Source of the DNA: Bdellovibrionota bacterium
Lineage (GTDB): Bacteria; Bdellovibrionota_C; UBA2361; CALJRW01
DNA: 64,000 nucleotides
Reading direction: 5' to 3'
NCBI GenBank assembly: GCA_041740355.1
Contig: JBGSMD010000046.1
Span: forward strand, 32,001 to 96,000
Position 1 is the first letter of the stretch; each line of letters begins with the position of its first letter. Made by a program: the position numbers and the translations under genes. The notes beneath the pieces were generated by a model that was not told the DNA's origin, made no database searches, and was given only the letters and a program-made list of their open reading frames with translations. This document shows positions 30,657 to 40,821 of the stretch, piece after piece.

Positions 30657-32108
30657 GTGCTAAGTAAGTCCTCCACCATCTTCTTTTTGATTTTTAGTCT
30701 GATTGTCTTATTGGCAGGACAGGAAGCATTCTTTGGTGATCCCTATTTATATTGTGGATTAGTCGATCAGTGGCTCTTTCGAGGACAGGCAGGCTTGGCA
30801 TTAGATTCAAATTTACTTGCGCATGCTAATAAATACGGAGTTCTAAATTCCGCATATTGCATACCTGGACTTGCAGCAAAGTATTTTGTTAGTAATTTAG
30901 AATTTTCAAAATTTGTTGTAGCGATTTGGCCAGCCTTAATTTCAATTCTTTGCGCCTTTGGATTCACAAAAGCATTATCTTTAGTACGCCAAGAGTCGAG
31001 TAATAATTGGATTTTTTCGGGATTACTCTTACTAACGACTCCGTTAATTGTATACTCTCGCAATTATTATTCCGAAATTATTCAAGCAACACTATTAATT
31101 TGGGCGTATTACTTTTGGCTGCAATTCAAAATGACCGAAGTGCCTAAGCAGCGGTATTCTTTAATCAAGTTGACCTTGGCATGCTCATTATTAGTACTCT
31201 GCAAGTTATACTATCTATACTTAGTGGCCCTGCTTTTCCTAGCAATAATCAAGGACTATCGACAAAATTATTATAGAACCATTGGCACAGTTAGTATTGC
31301 TTCACTTTGCTTTTTACCAACTGTTGCTATTTTATTGTTGAGTAATTATTGGAAATTTGGTTCAGTAATTGGCATCGGATATAATTTGGAACGAGATCTT
31401 TCTTTGGGGTTTAATACTCCATTACTGACTGGGTTATATGGATTACTATTTTCTAGTGGAAAAGGAATAATTTGGTATGTGCCGGTATTAATTTTACTGC
31501 CATTTTTATTAGTTAGAGACTGGCTGGCAAGACGTGAGCAGGCTTGCGAAATTTTATTCATCACTACTCCACTCTTGATAATTATAGCTAGCTGGTGGGC
31601 TTGGCATGGGGATTGGGGCTGGGCACCACGTTTAATTGTCCCATTAATTCCTTTATGGATGTTATTACTGGGATCTATAAATTATACTTCAATTGCCCAG
31701 CGTTGGTTATTCGTGGTCTTTTGTCTATTTGGTGCGTTTATTAATTTTTCTGCAGTACTTATTAGTCCCATGTACTATTTTAAAATAATGACCCAAAAGT
31801 TTGAAAGCTTATTAGTTGGGAAGGATGTTCTACAAGATGGTGGGATTCTTTTACATTATGCCCCAGACTTTAGCCCAATTAAATTTCAATTATGGGCGAT
31901 TCAGTGCAAGTTAGCTGGCTCGTCATGTAATCCTAATTTACCATGGGAATATTTAAAAATTAAAGATTTAACTCTGGAACAAGTAGCTGCTCCGCAGTGG
32001 GATCCAATTCTGTTATTTTATAATCCATCTCTTGCTTGGATAATATCATTATTATTTCTATTGTTAGTAACATTTTTGTTACAACAATTCATGAGACATT
32101 TTAGATAA
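30657..32108 (+). CDS. GT-C-like polytopic membrane glycosyltransferase
   Basis: Many TMs; GLYGLLFSSGKG..WY.P and WHGDWGWAPRLIVP motifs typical of PMT/ArnT-like proteins. Confidence 0.7.
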   Translation: MLSKSSTIFFLIFSLIVLLAGQEAFFGDPYLYCGLVDQWLFRGQAGLALDSNLLAHANKYGVLNSAYCIPGLAAKYFVSNLEFSKFVVAIWPALISILCAFGFTKALSLVRQESSNNWIFSGLLLLTTPLIVYSRNYYSEIIQATLLIWAYYFWLQFKMTEVPKQRYSLIKLTLACSLLVLCKLYYLYLVALLFLAIIKDYRQNYYRTIGTVSIASLCFLPTVAILLLSNYWKFGSVIGIGYNLERDLSLGFNTPLLTGLYGLLFSSGKGIIWYVPVLILLPFLLVRDWLARREQACEILFITTPLLIIIASWWAWHGDWGWAPRLIVPLIPLWMLLLGSINYTSIAQRWLFVVFCLFGAFINFSAVLISPMYYFKIMTQKFESLLVGKDVLQDGGILLHYAPDFSPIKFQLWAIQCKLAGSSCNPNLPWEYLKIKDLTLEQVAAPQWDPILLFYNPSLAWIISLLFLLLVTFLLQQFMRHFR

Positions 32109-32114
32109 AGATAG

Positions 32115-34169
32115 ATGTTCCCAATCAATCTCTCAGTAAAAAATAAGCCAATCCGACTGGGATTAATTTCCTTGATCCTCACATTTCTAATTAGTAACGT
32201 TTTTTTTTCGGAATATTGGAGTAGTCCAGCAAAATTTTTTTTTAATGCTCAAGGAGATGGATTAAAAAATTATTTTACTGTGATTTATCATAGTAAATAT
32301 GGCCAAGGTTGGAGTAGTCAAGGGTTGCATTATCCATATAGTGAAAGTATTTTTTTTATAGATGGGCTTCCCCTAATATCCTTTCCATTAAGTGTGCTGA
32401 ATGATTTTTTTGATCCAACTACTAGTGCCATTTTTATAATCAATTTTCTACTATTAATTTCTACGCCCCTAGCTGCTTTTTTTCTATCACGAATTTTATC
32501 TTTGCTACATGTGGGCTCTTGGATTAATCCTCTAGGCGCAAGTTTAATTGCGTTAATGAGCCCACAAATTTACAAACTTACGGGACATTATGGGCTAGGC
32601 ATCAGTGTTTTAATTCCAGCTGCAATCTATCTTTTACTCCGAACCAGTAAAGTTAATGATAGTTTATTATTGATACTTTTGCTGAGCATTGCAGGTTTGG
32701 TTCATCCTTATTTGCTTGGAATTATCTTATTATTAGCAACTAGCTATCTAATTTTTGCTAGCATTTACCAACTATTAAATTGGAAAGTTGCTACTGGAAT
32801 TTTCATATTACTAGTAATTTTCAGCATTGTTTATGCTTTTTTATTAAAGTTAATTGATCCGTTTGTCAGTAGGGAGCAGTACCAAGTTGCTACTCAATTT
32901 TTTTTAGCAAACTGGAAGACTCTCTTAGTTCCGTATGATTTGAGAAAATGGGGCGGCATAGCAGAAGGAGAAATTTATTTAGGTATAGTTCCAGTTTGTT
33001 TAGCCCTGCTAAGAATATCTCGTTCTAGTAATCAAGAAAAAGTTTTGATCTGGACTGGGTCAGTCATGATTATACTTAGTTTGGGATTGATTCCAATCTT
33101 GAATTCCATATTATCTGATTTACGTGCCTTGGCTCGGCTGTCTTGGGGGGCATATTATATTTTAGGACTACTCGCCGTAGTTCAGCTTATTCACTGGGCA
33201 AAGCAAGATCGAGTATGCCAAGGATTAATGTTATTTTGTATCTTATTGTGGGGGTTTGACGTCACTCGGTACTTGCAACACGTACAGCAAGTAATTTATG
33301 TGGGAAGAGCTAAGGTTGCTGACTTTAATCTGCAATTACCAAATGACTGGCATCAGAAATATCAAGGAATTATACCAATTCCCTACTATTCGATTGGGGC
33401 TAATTCAGTCTTTATTGCCCCACCATCCTTAAAATCTTTTTGGGATTCAATGCGTGTTTCAATAGCAATCGGACCAGGTTTAATGTCCCCTTTTTCTGCT
33501 AAAGGTGCCGATAAGGAATTTGCTGAGTTGGCAGGGATTGTTGCACATCCATTAAGTCAACGAAAAATTCTAGATAAATTAGATTCTCGTCCACTGTTGA
33601 TTGTCCAAAGTTCAGCTGCTGTTAATGAATCAGAAAATATTTTAATCAATTCTGCCAAAAAAATTGAGTTTGCGGATCCTACCTTGCAATTATTTGAGAT
33701 TACTCCAGCAGAACTTAGGCAACAGAGCGCCTCATTTACATTTAATGATTGTCAGTATGATGATGTAGTTTACCAAAACTTTGATCAAAGTAATGCTATA
33801 GGTTTTATTGGAGTAGGTGGACTCTTTATGCCAGCAAGAAATGTAGTTTTATTTCAGGGTTTAATCCGGAAAGATTTTCCATTAGAGATTTCGCTCTGGG
33901 TTAAAAATTCATATCGTAATGATCTCAAGCTAGTTGTCGAAGCTGGAGGACTCCTTAAAGAGCAGCTAATCCCAAATAGTGTTGAGCGAGTAGGAGATTG
34001 GGTGCGATTAACAGTTAATTTGCCGGCTCCAAAGCAGGAGCAAAATTTACGAGTATGGTTAACAGGTGAACCTACTGTCATTGATGAATTTCTAATCAGA
34101 CGTATTGGCACAACAATTTGTCGAGAGGATCACCTCAGCTTAAATAATTATCCCCTAAACCTTAAATAG
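32115..34169 (+). CDS. GT-C-like (YfhO-type) membrane protein with extracytoplasmic C-terminal domain
   Basis: GDG.KNY, YPY.E.IF..DG.P, EG..YLG, LRALAR; 6 nt downstream of the previous gene. Confidence 0.65.
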   Translation: MFPINLSVKNKPIRLGLISLILTFLISNVFFSEYWSSPAKFFFNAQGDGLKNYFTVIYHSKYGQGWSSQGLHYPYSESIFFIDGLPLISFPLSVLNDFFDPTTSAIFIINFLLLISTPLAAFFLSRILSLLHVGSWINPLGASLIALMSPQIYKLTGHYGLGISVLIPAAIYLLLRTSKVNDSLLLILLLSIAGLVHPYLLGIILLLATSYLIFASIYQLLNWKVATGIFILLVIFSIVYAFLLKLIDPFVSREQYQVATQFFLANWKTLLVPYDLRKWGGIAEGEIYLGIVPVCLALLRISRSSNQEKVLIWTGSVMIILSLGLIPILNSILSDLRALARLSWGAYYILGLLAVVQLIHWAKQDRVCQGLMLFCILLWGFDVTRYLQHVQQVIYVGRAKVADFNLQLPNDWHQKYQGIIPIPYYSIGANSVFIAPPSLKSFWDSMRVSIAIGPGLMSPFSAKGADKEFAELAGIVAHPLSQRKILDKLDSRPLLIVQSSAAVNESENILINSAKKIEFADPTLQLFEITPAELRQQSASFTFNDCQYDDVVYQNFDQSNAIGFIGVGGLFMPARNVVLFQGLIRKDFPLEISLWVKNSYRNDLKLVVEAGGLLKEQLIPNSVERVGDWVRLTVNLPAPKQEQNLRVWLTGEPTVIDEFLIRRIGTTICREDHLSLNNYPLNLK

Positions 34170-34385
34170 TACAGTGGCTTATCAATAACTTTAACCTTAC
34201 TTTCTAAGGTTAAATACCGCTGCGAATCCCTTGGGGCGCACTAAGCACTTCTTGCTTGATGTCCTTGGCAAATAAACGAAACGCTATTTTCAGTCTCATT
34301 ATGTATATTTAAGTCTATATACTTAAATTTTCTTTAAAAAGGGCATTTATTTTGCTTAAGGATTGGATTTTAATATAATTCTAGA

Positions 34386-35459
34386 ATGTTATCTCCAATC
34401 GTGTCTGAGCAAAATAGTGTCTTAGGTTGTCAACTATCTCCTAGTTCCGTGTCATTTGTAATAGAAGGGCAGCAGTTTCAATTTTGTTCTGTGGAATCAG
34501 ACCTTATTATCAAGGCACGTTCGATCATCAATAAACCAAATACTCTAGAGGTTGATTCCTATTTTCATTCACTACTAAAATTTGAACGATTAATTGATCT
34601 TGTAGCTTCTAAGCAAACTCTTACTAAAGGGCAATTATATGTGAATGGGCTCCAATTAAATCATGAAAACGCTGAGTATTTTGATCATGTTATTTGTCAG
34701 GTGACTGATTCCTTAGTTCCAAAAATTCTTCCTAGTAGTTATGAAAAGATTTTTACATTTAAAGAAGATCTACAGGGAGTTTTTAAAGTTACGATAGCAT
34801 CTGAGTTGTTGCTGAGTTATGTTTTTTTAAGATTTCAGGAACACTATGAGTCACCTGAATTTAAAAATCAGGTTTTTAGTAGGAAGGAATTTGTAGATTG
34901 GTATACGGCGGATCAAGGTGCCGGGCTTAGTTTTACCTACTATCGTGATTGGGCTGGTTTTAATTTGCCATCAGAATCGCTGCGATCATTTTTAAATTGT
35001 AACTTTAACGATATTTTGCCGGGAGAAGAATTTTTGATTAAGGGTTTCGAAAGTGTCTTTGCTGAGCAGCGCGATCGATTTTACGTAATTGGCTTGGCGG
35101 AAACAAGTTTAGACTGGACGTATGAGCATGAACAAGCACATGCTTTGTATTCCCTAAATGCTAATTACCGAACAGAGGTAAATATAATTTTAGATTCGCT
35201 ACCTGAGAATTTAAAAGAAATCTATCAAACTCGATTATTAGAGATTGGTTATGATGATGCTGTGATTAAAGATGAAAGCCAAGCTTACTTAATCCATCTC
35301 AATCAAAACCACTATGTGTTTAATTTGCAAAAAGACTCCACTGAGTATCAATTACTTACTCCATTTCACAAAGCCTTAGCTGGGGTTTTTACTAAATACA
35401 AACAACAACTTAGTACTAGTATGGAATTAAACTCGGCCGATCTTCCTGCATTAAATTAG
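34386..35459 (+). CDS. Hypothetical protein with an HExxH motif
   Basis: RFQEHYESP, DWAGFNLP, HEQAH and a downstream DE.QAY. Confidence 0.7.
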   Translation: MLSPIVSEQNSVLGCQLSPSSVSFVIEGQQFQFCSVESDLIIKARSIINKPNTLEVDSYFHSLLKFERLIDLVASKQTLTKGQLYVNGLQLNHENAEYFDHVICQVTDSLVPKILPSSYEKIFTFKEDLQGVFKVTIASELLLSYVFLRFQEHYESPEFKNQVFSRKEFVDWYTADQGAGLSFTYYRDWAGFNLPSESLRSFLNCNFNDILPGEEFLIKGFESVFAEQRDRFYVIGLAETSLDWTYEHEQAHALYSLNANYRTEVNIILDSLPENLKEIYQTRLLEIGYDDAVIKDESQAYLIHLNQNHYVFNLQKDSTEYQLLTPFHKALAGVFTKYKQQLSTSMELNSADLPALN

Positions 35460-36291
35460 TACATTTAATCAAACTGTTTTTAACTTCGGCTTTTGTCCAA
35501 AAATAGATATCATTATGCCCCGAACTTTCTGAGCTTATAAAGAAGGATTGTTGGGGATTTGGATGGGCACTAGCAACATTTAGCCCTTGGTTGTGCGGGA
35601 TGACATTATCTTTTTCGCCATGTACTACAATTAAACAAGTTTGGTCCATTTTTTGAATAAGCGTTTTGACTGGAAAATCATAAATCAAAAATGGATGCAG
35701 AAATCCTAGAACAGGATTACTCTTAAGTGCAGCTTTTAAAGATTCAAATGGAGCATAAAGTAGTAGTGTTCCAACGGTATATTTATCGGCGATATAAGTT
35801 GCGGGGCCGGAGCCAAGGGAATTCCCAACAATAATTAATTGTCGGGCTGTTATCTGCTCTTTCTTTAAGATGTAATCAATAATTGCTTCGCCATCTAAGT
35901 AGAGTCCCGTATCCGTTGGCCAGCCAGTGCTTTTCCCATAACCACGATAATCAAATCCGTAGCTTGTAATTCCTAATTCTTGAAAATATTCCTGATAAGG
36001 GTAAAAGTTTGCTACATCTCCGCCATTACCATGAAAGATTACCGCAACTTGTTTGGAATTTGGAATTGGCAATCTCCAAGTCTCAAGATTTTTTTGATCA
36101 GAGGTTTTTATAAAGTAACTTTCAACGCCGTTTGGTAAAGTTTTTGGATCTCTACTTTTAGAATTAAAAATTGAGATTACTGCCCCAGGGAATACTTGAG
36201 GATTTTGTAGGGCGATGACAATCACTAGAATCACAAGGATGGATATTAACATTCGAAGAAAAATAGGTAGTGCCAAGAAGATTTTATTCAT
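35416..36291 (-). CDS. Alpha/beta hydrolase (ABHD17/BEM46-like)
   Basis: FHGNGG, DYRGYGKS.G.P, GNSLG nucleophile, HGEKD.VIP, GHND. Confidence 0.9.
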   Translation of the reverse strand: MNKIFLALPIFLRMLISILVILVIVIALQNPQVFPGAVISIFNSKSRDPKTLPNGVESYFIKTSDQKNLETWRLPIPNSKQVAVIFHGNGGDVANFYPYQEYFQELGITSYGFDYRGYGKSTGWPTDTGLYLDGEAIIDYILKKEQITARQLIIVGNSLGSGPATYIADKYTVGTLLLYAPFESLKAALKSNPVLGFLHPFLIYDFPVKTLIQKMDQTCLIVVHGEKDNVIPHNQGLNVASAHPNPQQSFFISSESSGHNDIYFWTKAEVKNSLIKCTNLMQEDRPSLIPY

Positions 36292-36384
36292 ATTTAACGT
36301 AGAATACTAAATGATCTTGAAAGTAGGAACGAGCATTAATCTGAAGATTTGCGGCATGCCTTTCAAACTAAATATAGCAATCAA

Positions 36385-36483
36385 GTTACAACGTAACAAT
36401 TTATAATACTAAATATTTCTTTATAACTAACTAAAAATTCATTATAAATATTGTCTTCATCACCGTTTATTACAATGTAACAA
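36385..36483. promoter_or_regulatory. Two candidate operator palindromes
   Basis: GTTACAACGTAAC (36385-97) and ATTACAATGTAAC (36469-81) in a divergent intergenic region. Confidence 0.45.
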
Positions 36484-36653
36484 GCAAATGTGAGATTAAG
36501 CTTAGGAACTATTCAATAATAATTATATAGCGCAACCAAAAGTATTTTTCATTTTGGCTTTGTTATCAAACTTGGGGAATCTAGATGAGCGAAGACGGAA
36601 GTCTTGCATAACTTCAGAAGATCCAAGAACTATTTATATTATTAGAGGAATGT

Positions 36654-37937
36654 ATGAGTACAAATGAATCCAATTTAGAAGTTTCTGAGAATGGAGGTTT
36701 TCTTACAAAACTACCAGCGATGCTTAGGATAGCTGGTGCTGGGGCAGTCGTCCTAGCAACTGTAACATTTTTAGTGCAAAGTTTAGATTTTGAATCACCA
36801 CTAAATCGAATCTTAAATTTTGCATATCTGTTACTAGCTGTCTTTGGATTAGGTATTGTCTGTAAGCTAATAATCCAAGAAATTAAAAGTACAAAAGTCA
36901 GTATGAGTCTGGGACTAGGAATGGTCCCAGTAATTGCTCTTCAATTAGGAGCTGTAATTTATACTACTGTAACTGATTTAACAAAAGTTTACCCAAAATA
37001 TTTAGCATACGATGGATTTGAAAATAATTTTCAAATATTTTTAGCAAGTGCTGGGATTTTGATTTTTGCAGGATTGACCATTGCTGCGATTAAAAGCTTA
37101 AGTAGCTTTAATGAAAAACCTTTTAGTAAATACTATTTACTTGGCTTGCTTACTTTAATGTTGCCACTGCGAGGGAATTTATTCACATTAATTCTTGCGG
37201 GTATTATATTACTAATTTGTACGTGGCAAGAAAGGGCCTATTTTCAAAAAGATTTGGCATATCAATCAAAAGAAGCGGCCTATCTAAGATTTTTACTTTT
37301 CGTGCCGGCTTTAATTATCTTGTTAAGAAACGTTGTGCTTTATGCAGAAGGTAATCTTAGCTTGAGTTTAGTTTTTGCAGGCTTTGCAGTAATTTTTGGT
37401 TTAGTTACAAGTCATCTAAAGCCAGAATATTTTGTTAAATCAAAATTAGTAGCAATCTCATGTGTGCTGACTTCTTGGATACTTTTAGTATCGGAATTAG
37501 ATCAAACAATTTTTGTTGATTATCGCTTTTATGTTGGATACTTACCAGCAATTTTGTACTGCTTAAATTTACAAGAACGTTTTCCTAGTGGAAAAAGTTT
37601 TCTAAATTTTTTAGCTAATGTTGGATTTGTGCTGATGATTGCTTCTCAACAAACAATAAATGGGGGAATGTTAGATACGTCAATTGCCTTAGCTCTTTGT
37701 ATCTTAGGAGCTGGATATGCTTGGACAGTTAAAGATAAATTAACATTATTTATTAGTTCAGCTACGTTTGTCTGCTTATTAACAAGCTATTGGGATTTAG
37801 TATTAAGTTTGTATAAATTAAATCCTTGGATGTTTATGGGAATAGCTGGAGTAAGCACTATCCTGGTGGCTTCCTATTTGGAAAAAAATCTCGATAAAGT
37901 TAAAGCTGTAGTAGGAGTGTTTAAGGTTAATAAATAG
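36654..37937 (+). CDS. Polytopic membrane protein of unknown function
   Basis: About 14 hydrophobic segments; GAGGA RBS. Confidence 0.8.
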   Translation: MSTNESNLEVSENGGFLTKLPAMLRIAGAGAVVLATVTFLVQSLDFESPLNRILNFAYLLLAVFGLGIVCKLIIQEIKSTKVSMSLGLGMVPVIALQLGAVIYTTVTDLTKVYPKYLAYDGFENNFQIFLASAGILIFAGLTIAAIKSLSSFNEKPFSKYYLLGLLTLMLPLRGNLFTLILAGIILLICTWQERAYFQKDLAYQSKEAAYLRFLLFVPALIILLRNVVLYAEGNLSLSLVFAGFAVIFGLVTSHLKPEYFVKSKLVAISCVLTSWILLVSELDQTIFVDYRFYVGYLPAILYCLNLQERFPSGKSFLNFLANVGFVLMIASQQTINGGMLDTSIALALCILGAGYAWTVKDKLTLFISSATFVCLLTSYWDLVLSLYKLNPWMFMGIAGVSTILVASYLEKNLDKVKAVVGVFKVNK

Positions 37938-37955
37938 TTATTATTGTAAGCACCA

Positions 37956-37976
37956 GCCCCCTCTCGGGGGCATTTT
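37956..37976 (+). terminator. Intrinsic terminator
   Basis: GCCCCC-tctc-GGGGGC followed by ATTTT, between convergent genes. Confidence 0.65.
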
Positions 37977-37996
37977 ACTCAAACAAATTATTTCCA

Positions 37997-38779
37997 TTAA
38001 AGGAGCGACTTTAATTGTTTTAGCATGCTAGCATAACTTTCTGTTTGCTTTTGCCAGATGAAAGTTTCCCTATTTTTTGAACCGCTTGTAAGTTCTGTAA
38101 TTCTTAAATCGGCTGGTATCTCGGAAATTAATTTGGTTAAAGGTTTTTGACTATTTAAATTGTAGGGATGCTGCTTCTCCAGAATCTGAGTGATTTGGTC
38201 AGCGTCTTTTTTCTCTCTGATTAGCTTTTCAGCTAATAAAATTGCCTTTTGATTTGATACAATTTTATCTTTTAGTAATTCCAAATGCTTCTCTAATTTT
38301 TGAATTTGTCTTTTGACTAAAGCTTGATAATTTAAAAGTCGATTTATCTCTAATTGCATGCCCGGGGGAAATTCTAAGCCTTCGGCTTTAATTAAATCAA
38401 TTATCTTATTGGAATAATTGGCAATAAAATAACAAATGAACAGTAGTTCATCATGCTGATAAGGATGTTTTTGCTCTGTTAACAAACGAATACTTTCAAT
38501 CAGCCCAACTCGGGTCAACTTGTAGCGAGGTTGTTTCTGGCGTGTTGATTTTTTAATATTTCCTTCAGTTTCTAAGAATTCAAGAAATCGTAGAATTTGT
38601 GTGTTGTGGATCAACTCTAGCCCATCAGTAAATGGTGAATTCATCCAGTCTAGAAAAAGATCAAGATAAAACTTTAAATCTCGTTGACGGAAACCTTCAT
38701 TAGCATAACAGGCGTGAGCTGTAATTGTTGCTGCTAGTAGATAAGTTTTAAGTCTTAAGGGTAGTGATTCTCCGCGCAT
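37997..38779 (-). CDS. Hypothetical protein, winged-helix-like N-terminus plus coiled coil
   Basis: TQILRFLEFLETEGNI...PRYKLTRVG resembles a PadR/MarR-type recognition helix and wing. Confidence 0.65.
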   Translation of the reverse strand: MRGESLPLRLKTYLLAATITAHACYANEGFRQRDLKFYLDLFLDWMNSPFTDGLELIHNTQILRFLEFLETEGNIKKSTRQKQPRYKLTRVGLIESIRLLTEQKHPYQHDELLFICYFIANYSNKIIDLIKAEGLEFPPGMQLEINRLLNYQALVKRQIQKLEKHLELLKDKIVSNQKAILLAEKLIREKKDADQITQILEKQHPYNLNSQKPLTKLISEIPADLRITELTSGSKNRETFIWQKQTESYASMLKQLKSLL

Positions 38780-38901
38780 GCTGATTATTAATAAAGAGAG
38801 ATTGAAAGCTTGTTCTCTTACTAGTATTGTCTATTGTAGCTTCGGTGGAAACAGTAATTTTTCCTATCGCCGGATGTTTACTTGTAATTTTATCTCTGCA
38901 A

Positions 38902-39555
38902 ATGATTAAAAATTTAGGGACTTCAGCTTCGCTAGTTAGTGAATATATTTCTGAACTTAGAAATATTGAAATTCAAAATGATCGCTTAAGATTTCGCAGG
39001 AACCTGGAACGACTGGGATCGATTTTTGCCTATGAAATTAGCAAAGAGCTTTCTTATCGTAAGAAAAAAATTACTACACCACTCGCTGTTGCCGAGTGTC
39101 AGTGTTTAATCGAGCAACCAGTATTAGCAACAATTTTGAGAGCAGGTATTCCATTTTATCAAGGAATGCTGAATTTCTTCGATCAGGCTGATAGTGCTTT
39201 TATTTCTTCGCACCGAGTCTATAGCGAAGATCACTTAAAATTTCAGATTAAACTTGAATCTTTGTCCTGTCCAAAACTAGCAGATCGAGTCTTTATTATT
39301 GTTGATCCAATGTTAGCGACTGGGTCATCTTTGATTGATTCCTTGGAGGAGGTTTTTAAAATTGGAAAACCTAAAGAAGTACATATCGCTGCTATTATTG
39401 CGTCGGAGCAAGGAATCAAAAATTTAATTGCGAAGTATCCTGATTTTACTATTTGGGTTGGAGCGATTGATCCTGAGCTAAATGCCAGTTCCTACATCGT
39501 CCCAGGACTAGGGGATGTGGGAGATTTAGCTTTTGGAGCTAAGCTGCAAAACTAG
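38902..39555 (+). CDS. upp: Uracil phosphoribosyltransferase
   Basis: ILRAG, VDPMLATGSS, AIDPELN..YIVPGLGD.GD. Confidence 0.95.
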   Translation: MIKNLGTSASLVSEYISELRNIEIQNDRLRFRRNLERLGSIFAYEISKELSYRKKKITTPLAVAECQCLIEQPVLATILRAGIPFYQGMLNFFDQADSAFISSHRVYSEDHLKFQIKLESLSCPKLADRVFIIVDPMLATGSSLIDSLEEVFKIGKPKEVHIAAIIASEQGIKNLIAKYPDFTIWVGAIDPELNASSYIVPGLGDVGDLAFGAKLQN

Positions 39556-39700
39556 TTAATCTTCCGCCCTAAAATCCCAAATCTTTTTACTATATTCATT
39601 AGAACTTAAATAAATAGCTCAAGGAAGTGAGTCTAATCACCGATTATCAAAGAGCATTACTAATAATTTTAGTTAGTAAGGTCTTTTAAATGATTTTATT

Positions 39701-40069
39701 ATGAACAGTCCGCAGCAAGATCGAGGCAAATCATTAGTTGCAAAGCTGGCCGATATACCTCCGGTTGGTGAGTTCGTTCCAGATGTTTCTCAGCCCTTTG
39801 TGATTTTTGAGATTAAAGATCAAATTTATCTACGATTTGGAAATAGCTCCCATGCGGGGGTAATGCTGGCCTTTCAGGCCGAAATTGCAGAAAAAGGATT
39901 GAAGTATACTGCCTTTGATCAGGCAATGGGACAAGGTTTTACTCATGGGGAAAAAGATGTTTTGGTGCTAAAGATTAAAGTAGCTTCCGGATTATTAGAT
40001 CTAGATGAGGTAAATAGGATGTTAATTACTAACCTCCCTGCCGGATCGTTTTTATTAAAAGAGGATTAA
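39701..40069 (+). CDS. Hypothetical protein
   Basis: 122-aa ORF with ATG and no overlap. Confidence 0.55.
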   Translation: MNSPQQDRGKSLVAKLADIPPVGEFVPDVSQPFVIFEIKDQIYLRFGNSSHAGVMLAFQAEIAEKGLKYTAFDQAMGQGFTHGEKDVLVLKIKVASGLLDLDEVNRMLITNLPAGSFLLKED

Positions 40070-40070
40070 T

Positions 40071-40488
40071 TTAATCACTTCTAGCTCCACGTAAGATTAG
40101 TGTAGTAGGAGGATTAGCTTTCTCACAATTGCTCACACATTGTGTCGTCTCAACAACAGTTCCACCACAAGCAACATAGCAAGTATTATAGAAAGCCCCA
40201 AAAAGTAGTTTCCTTTCGTAAATTACTTTTTGAACTTTCTATATATGAATACTGCTTATTTGCTTCGCAGATATCGTAATTCCTTAAGGCGCAATCCTCA
40301 CAATTTTGATAGCGCTGTTCTTCATTCCACTCTCATTGTTGTTGATTACTTTGACATTGATTAAGGCAAGAGTTGCCCTTAATATCACTTGGCGGCGAAT
40401 ATTAATGACTAGTTTGTTAAACAGGTCCACAAGCAAGGATTGTGATAACAGCTAGTAATAGGAATGAATTAAGCCTTAAGTTTAGCAT
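40071..40488 (-). pseudogene. Cys-rich lipoprotein pseudogene
   Basis: Hand translation MLNLRLNSFLLLAVITILACGPV*QTSH*YSPP..GNSCLNQC..*.. then a frameshift to YNTCYVACGGTV....CVSNC; three early internal stops plus one frameshift. Confidence 0.75.
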
Positions 40489-40490
40489 AT

Positions 40491-40637
40491 ATAGTAAACC
40501 CAAAAATGGATTTCCGATAAATAGATTAACTAAGACTTTTGCTGACCCTGATATTTTTTACCCTGAAGTAATTTAAGGATCTAAGTTTATAGATAAACCT
40601 ATGGTTTAACTCTGTTTTTTAAAGTTGGGTTTACTAT
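40491..40637. mobile_element. ATAGT...ACTAT MITE-like element (147 bp)
   Basis: 13-bp terminal IR ATAGTAAACCCAA / TTGGGTTTACTAT; related to 7886-7967. Confidence 0.7.
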
Positions 40638-40664
40638 TCGTCTTTTGGCTCCCACTGGTCGCTT

Positions 40665-40724
40665 CTATAGTCATGATCTGTTTTATAATTTCCTAACGGA
40701 AATTATTTATTGGGATGACTATAG
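40665..40724. repeat. TATAGT...ACTATA hairpin element
   Basis: CTATAGTCAT / ATGACTATAG with inner ATAATTTCC-taac-GGAAATTAT. Confidence 0.6.
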
Positions 40725-40821
40725 TAAACCTAGCAATTTTTAAGTGAAAAATCAGTAGCTATTTTCAAATCATTACTAACGGCTTAAACTAATTGTTAGA
40801 AAGTTTATTTTGAGAAAATCC

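Noticed and set aside
20446-36300. Integron or prophage
   Set aside because: No integrase, no attC-type RYYYAAC...GTTRRRY series, mixed gene orientations, no phage structural genes.
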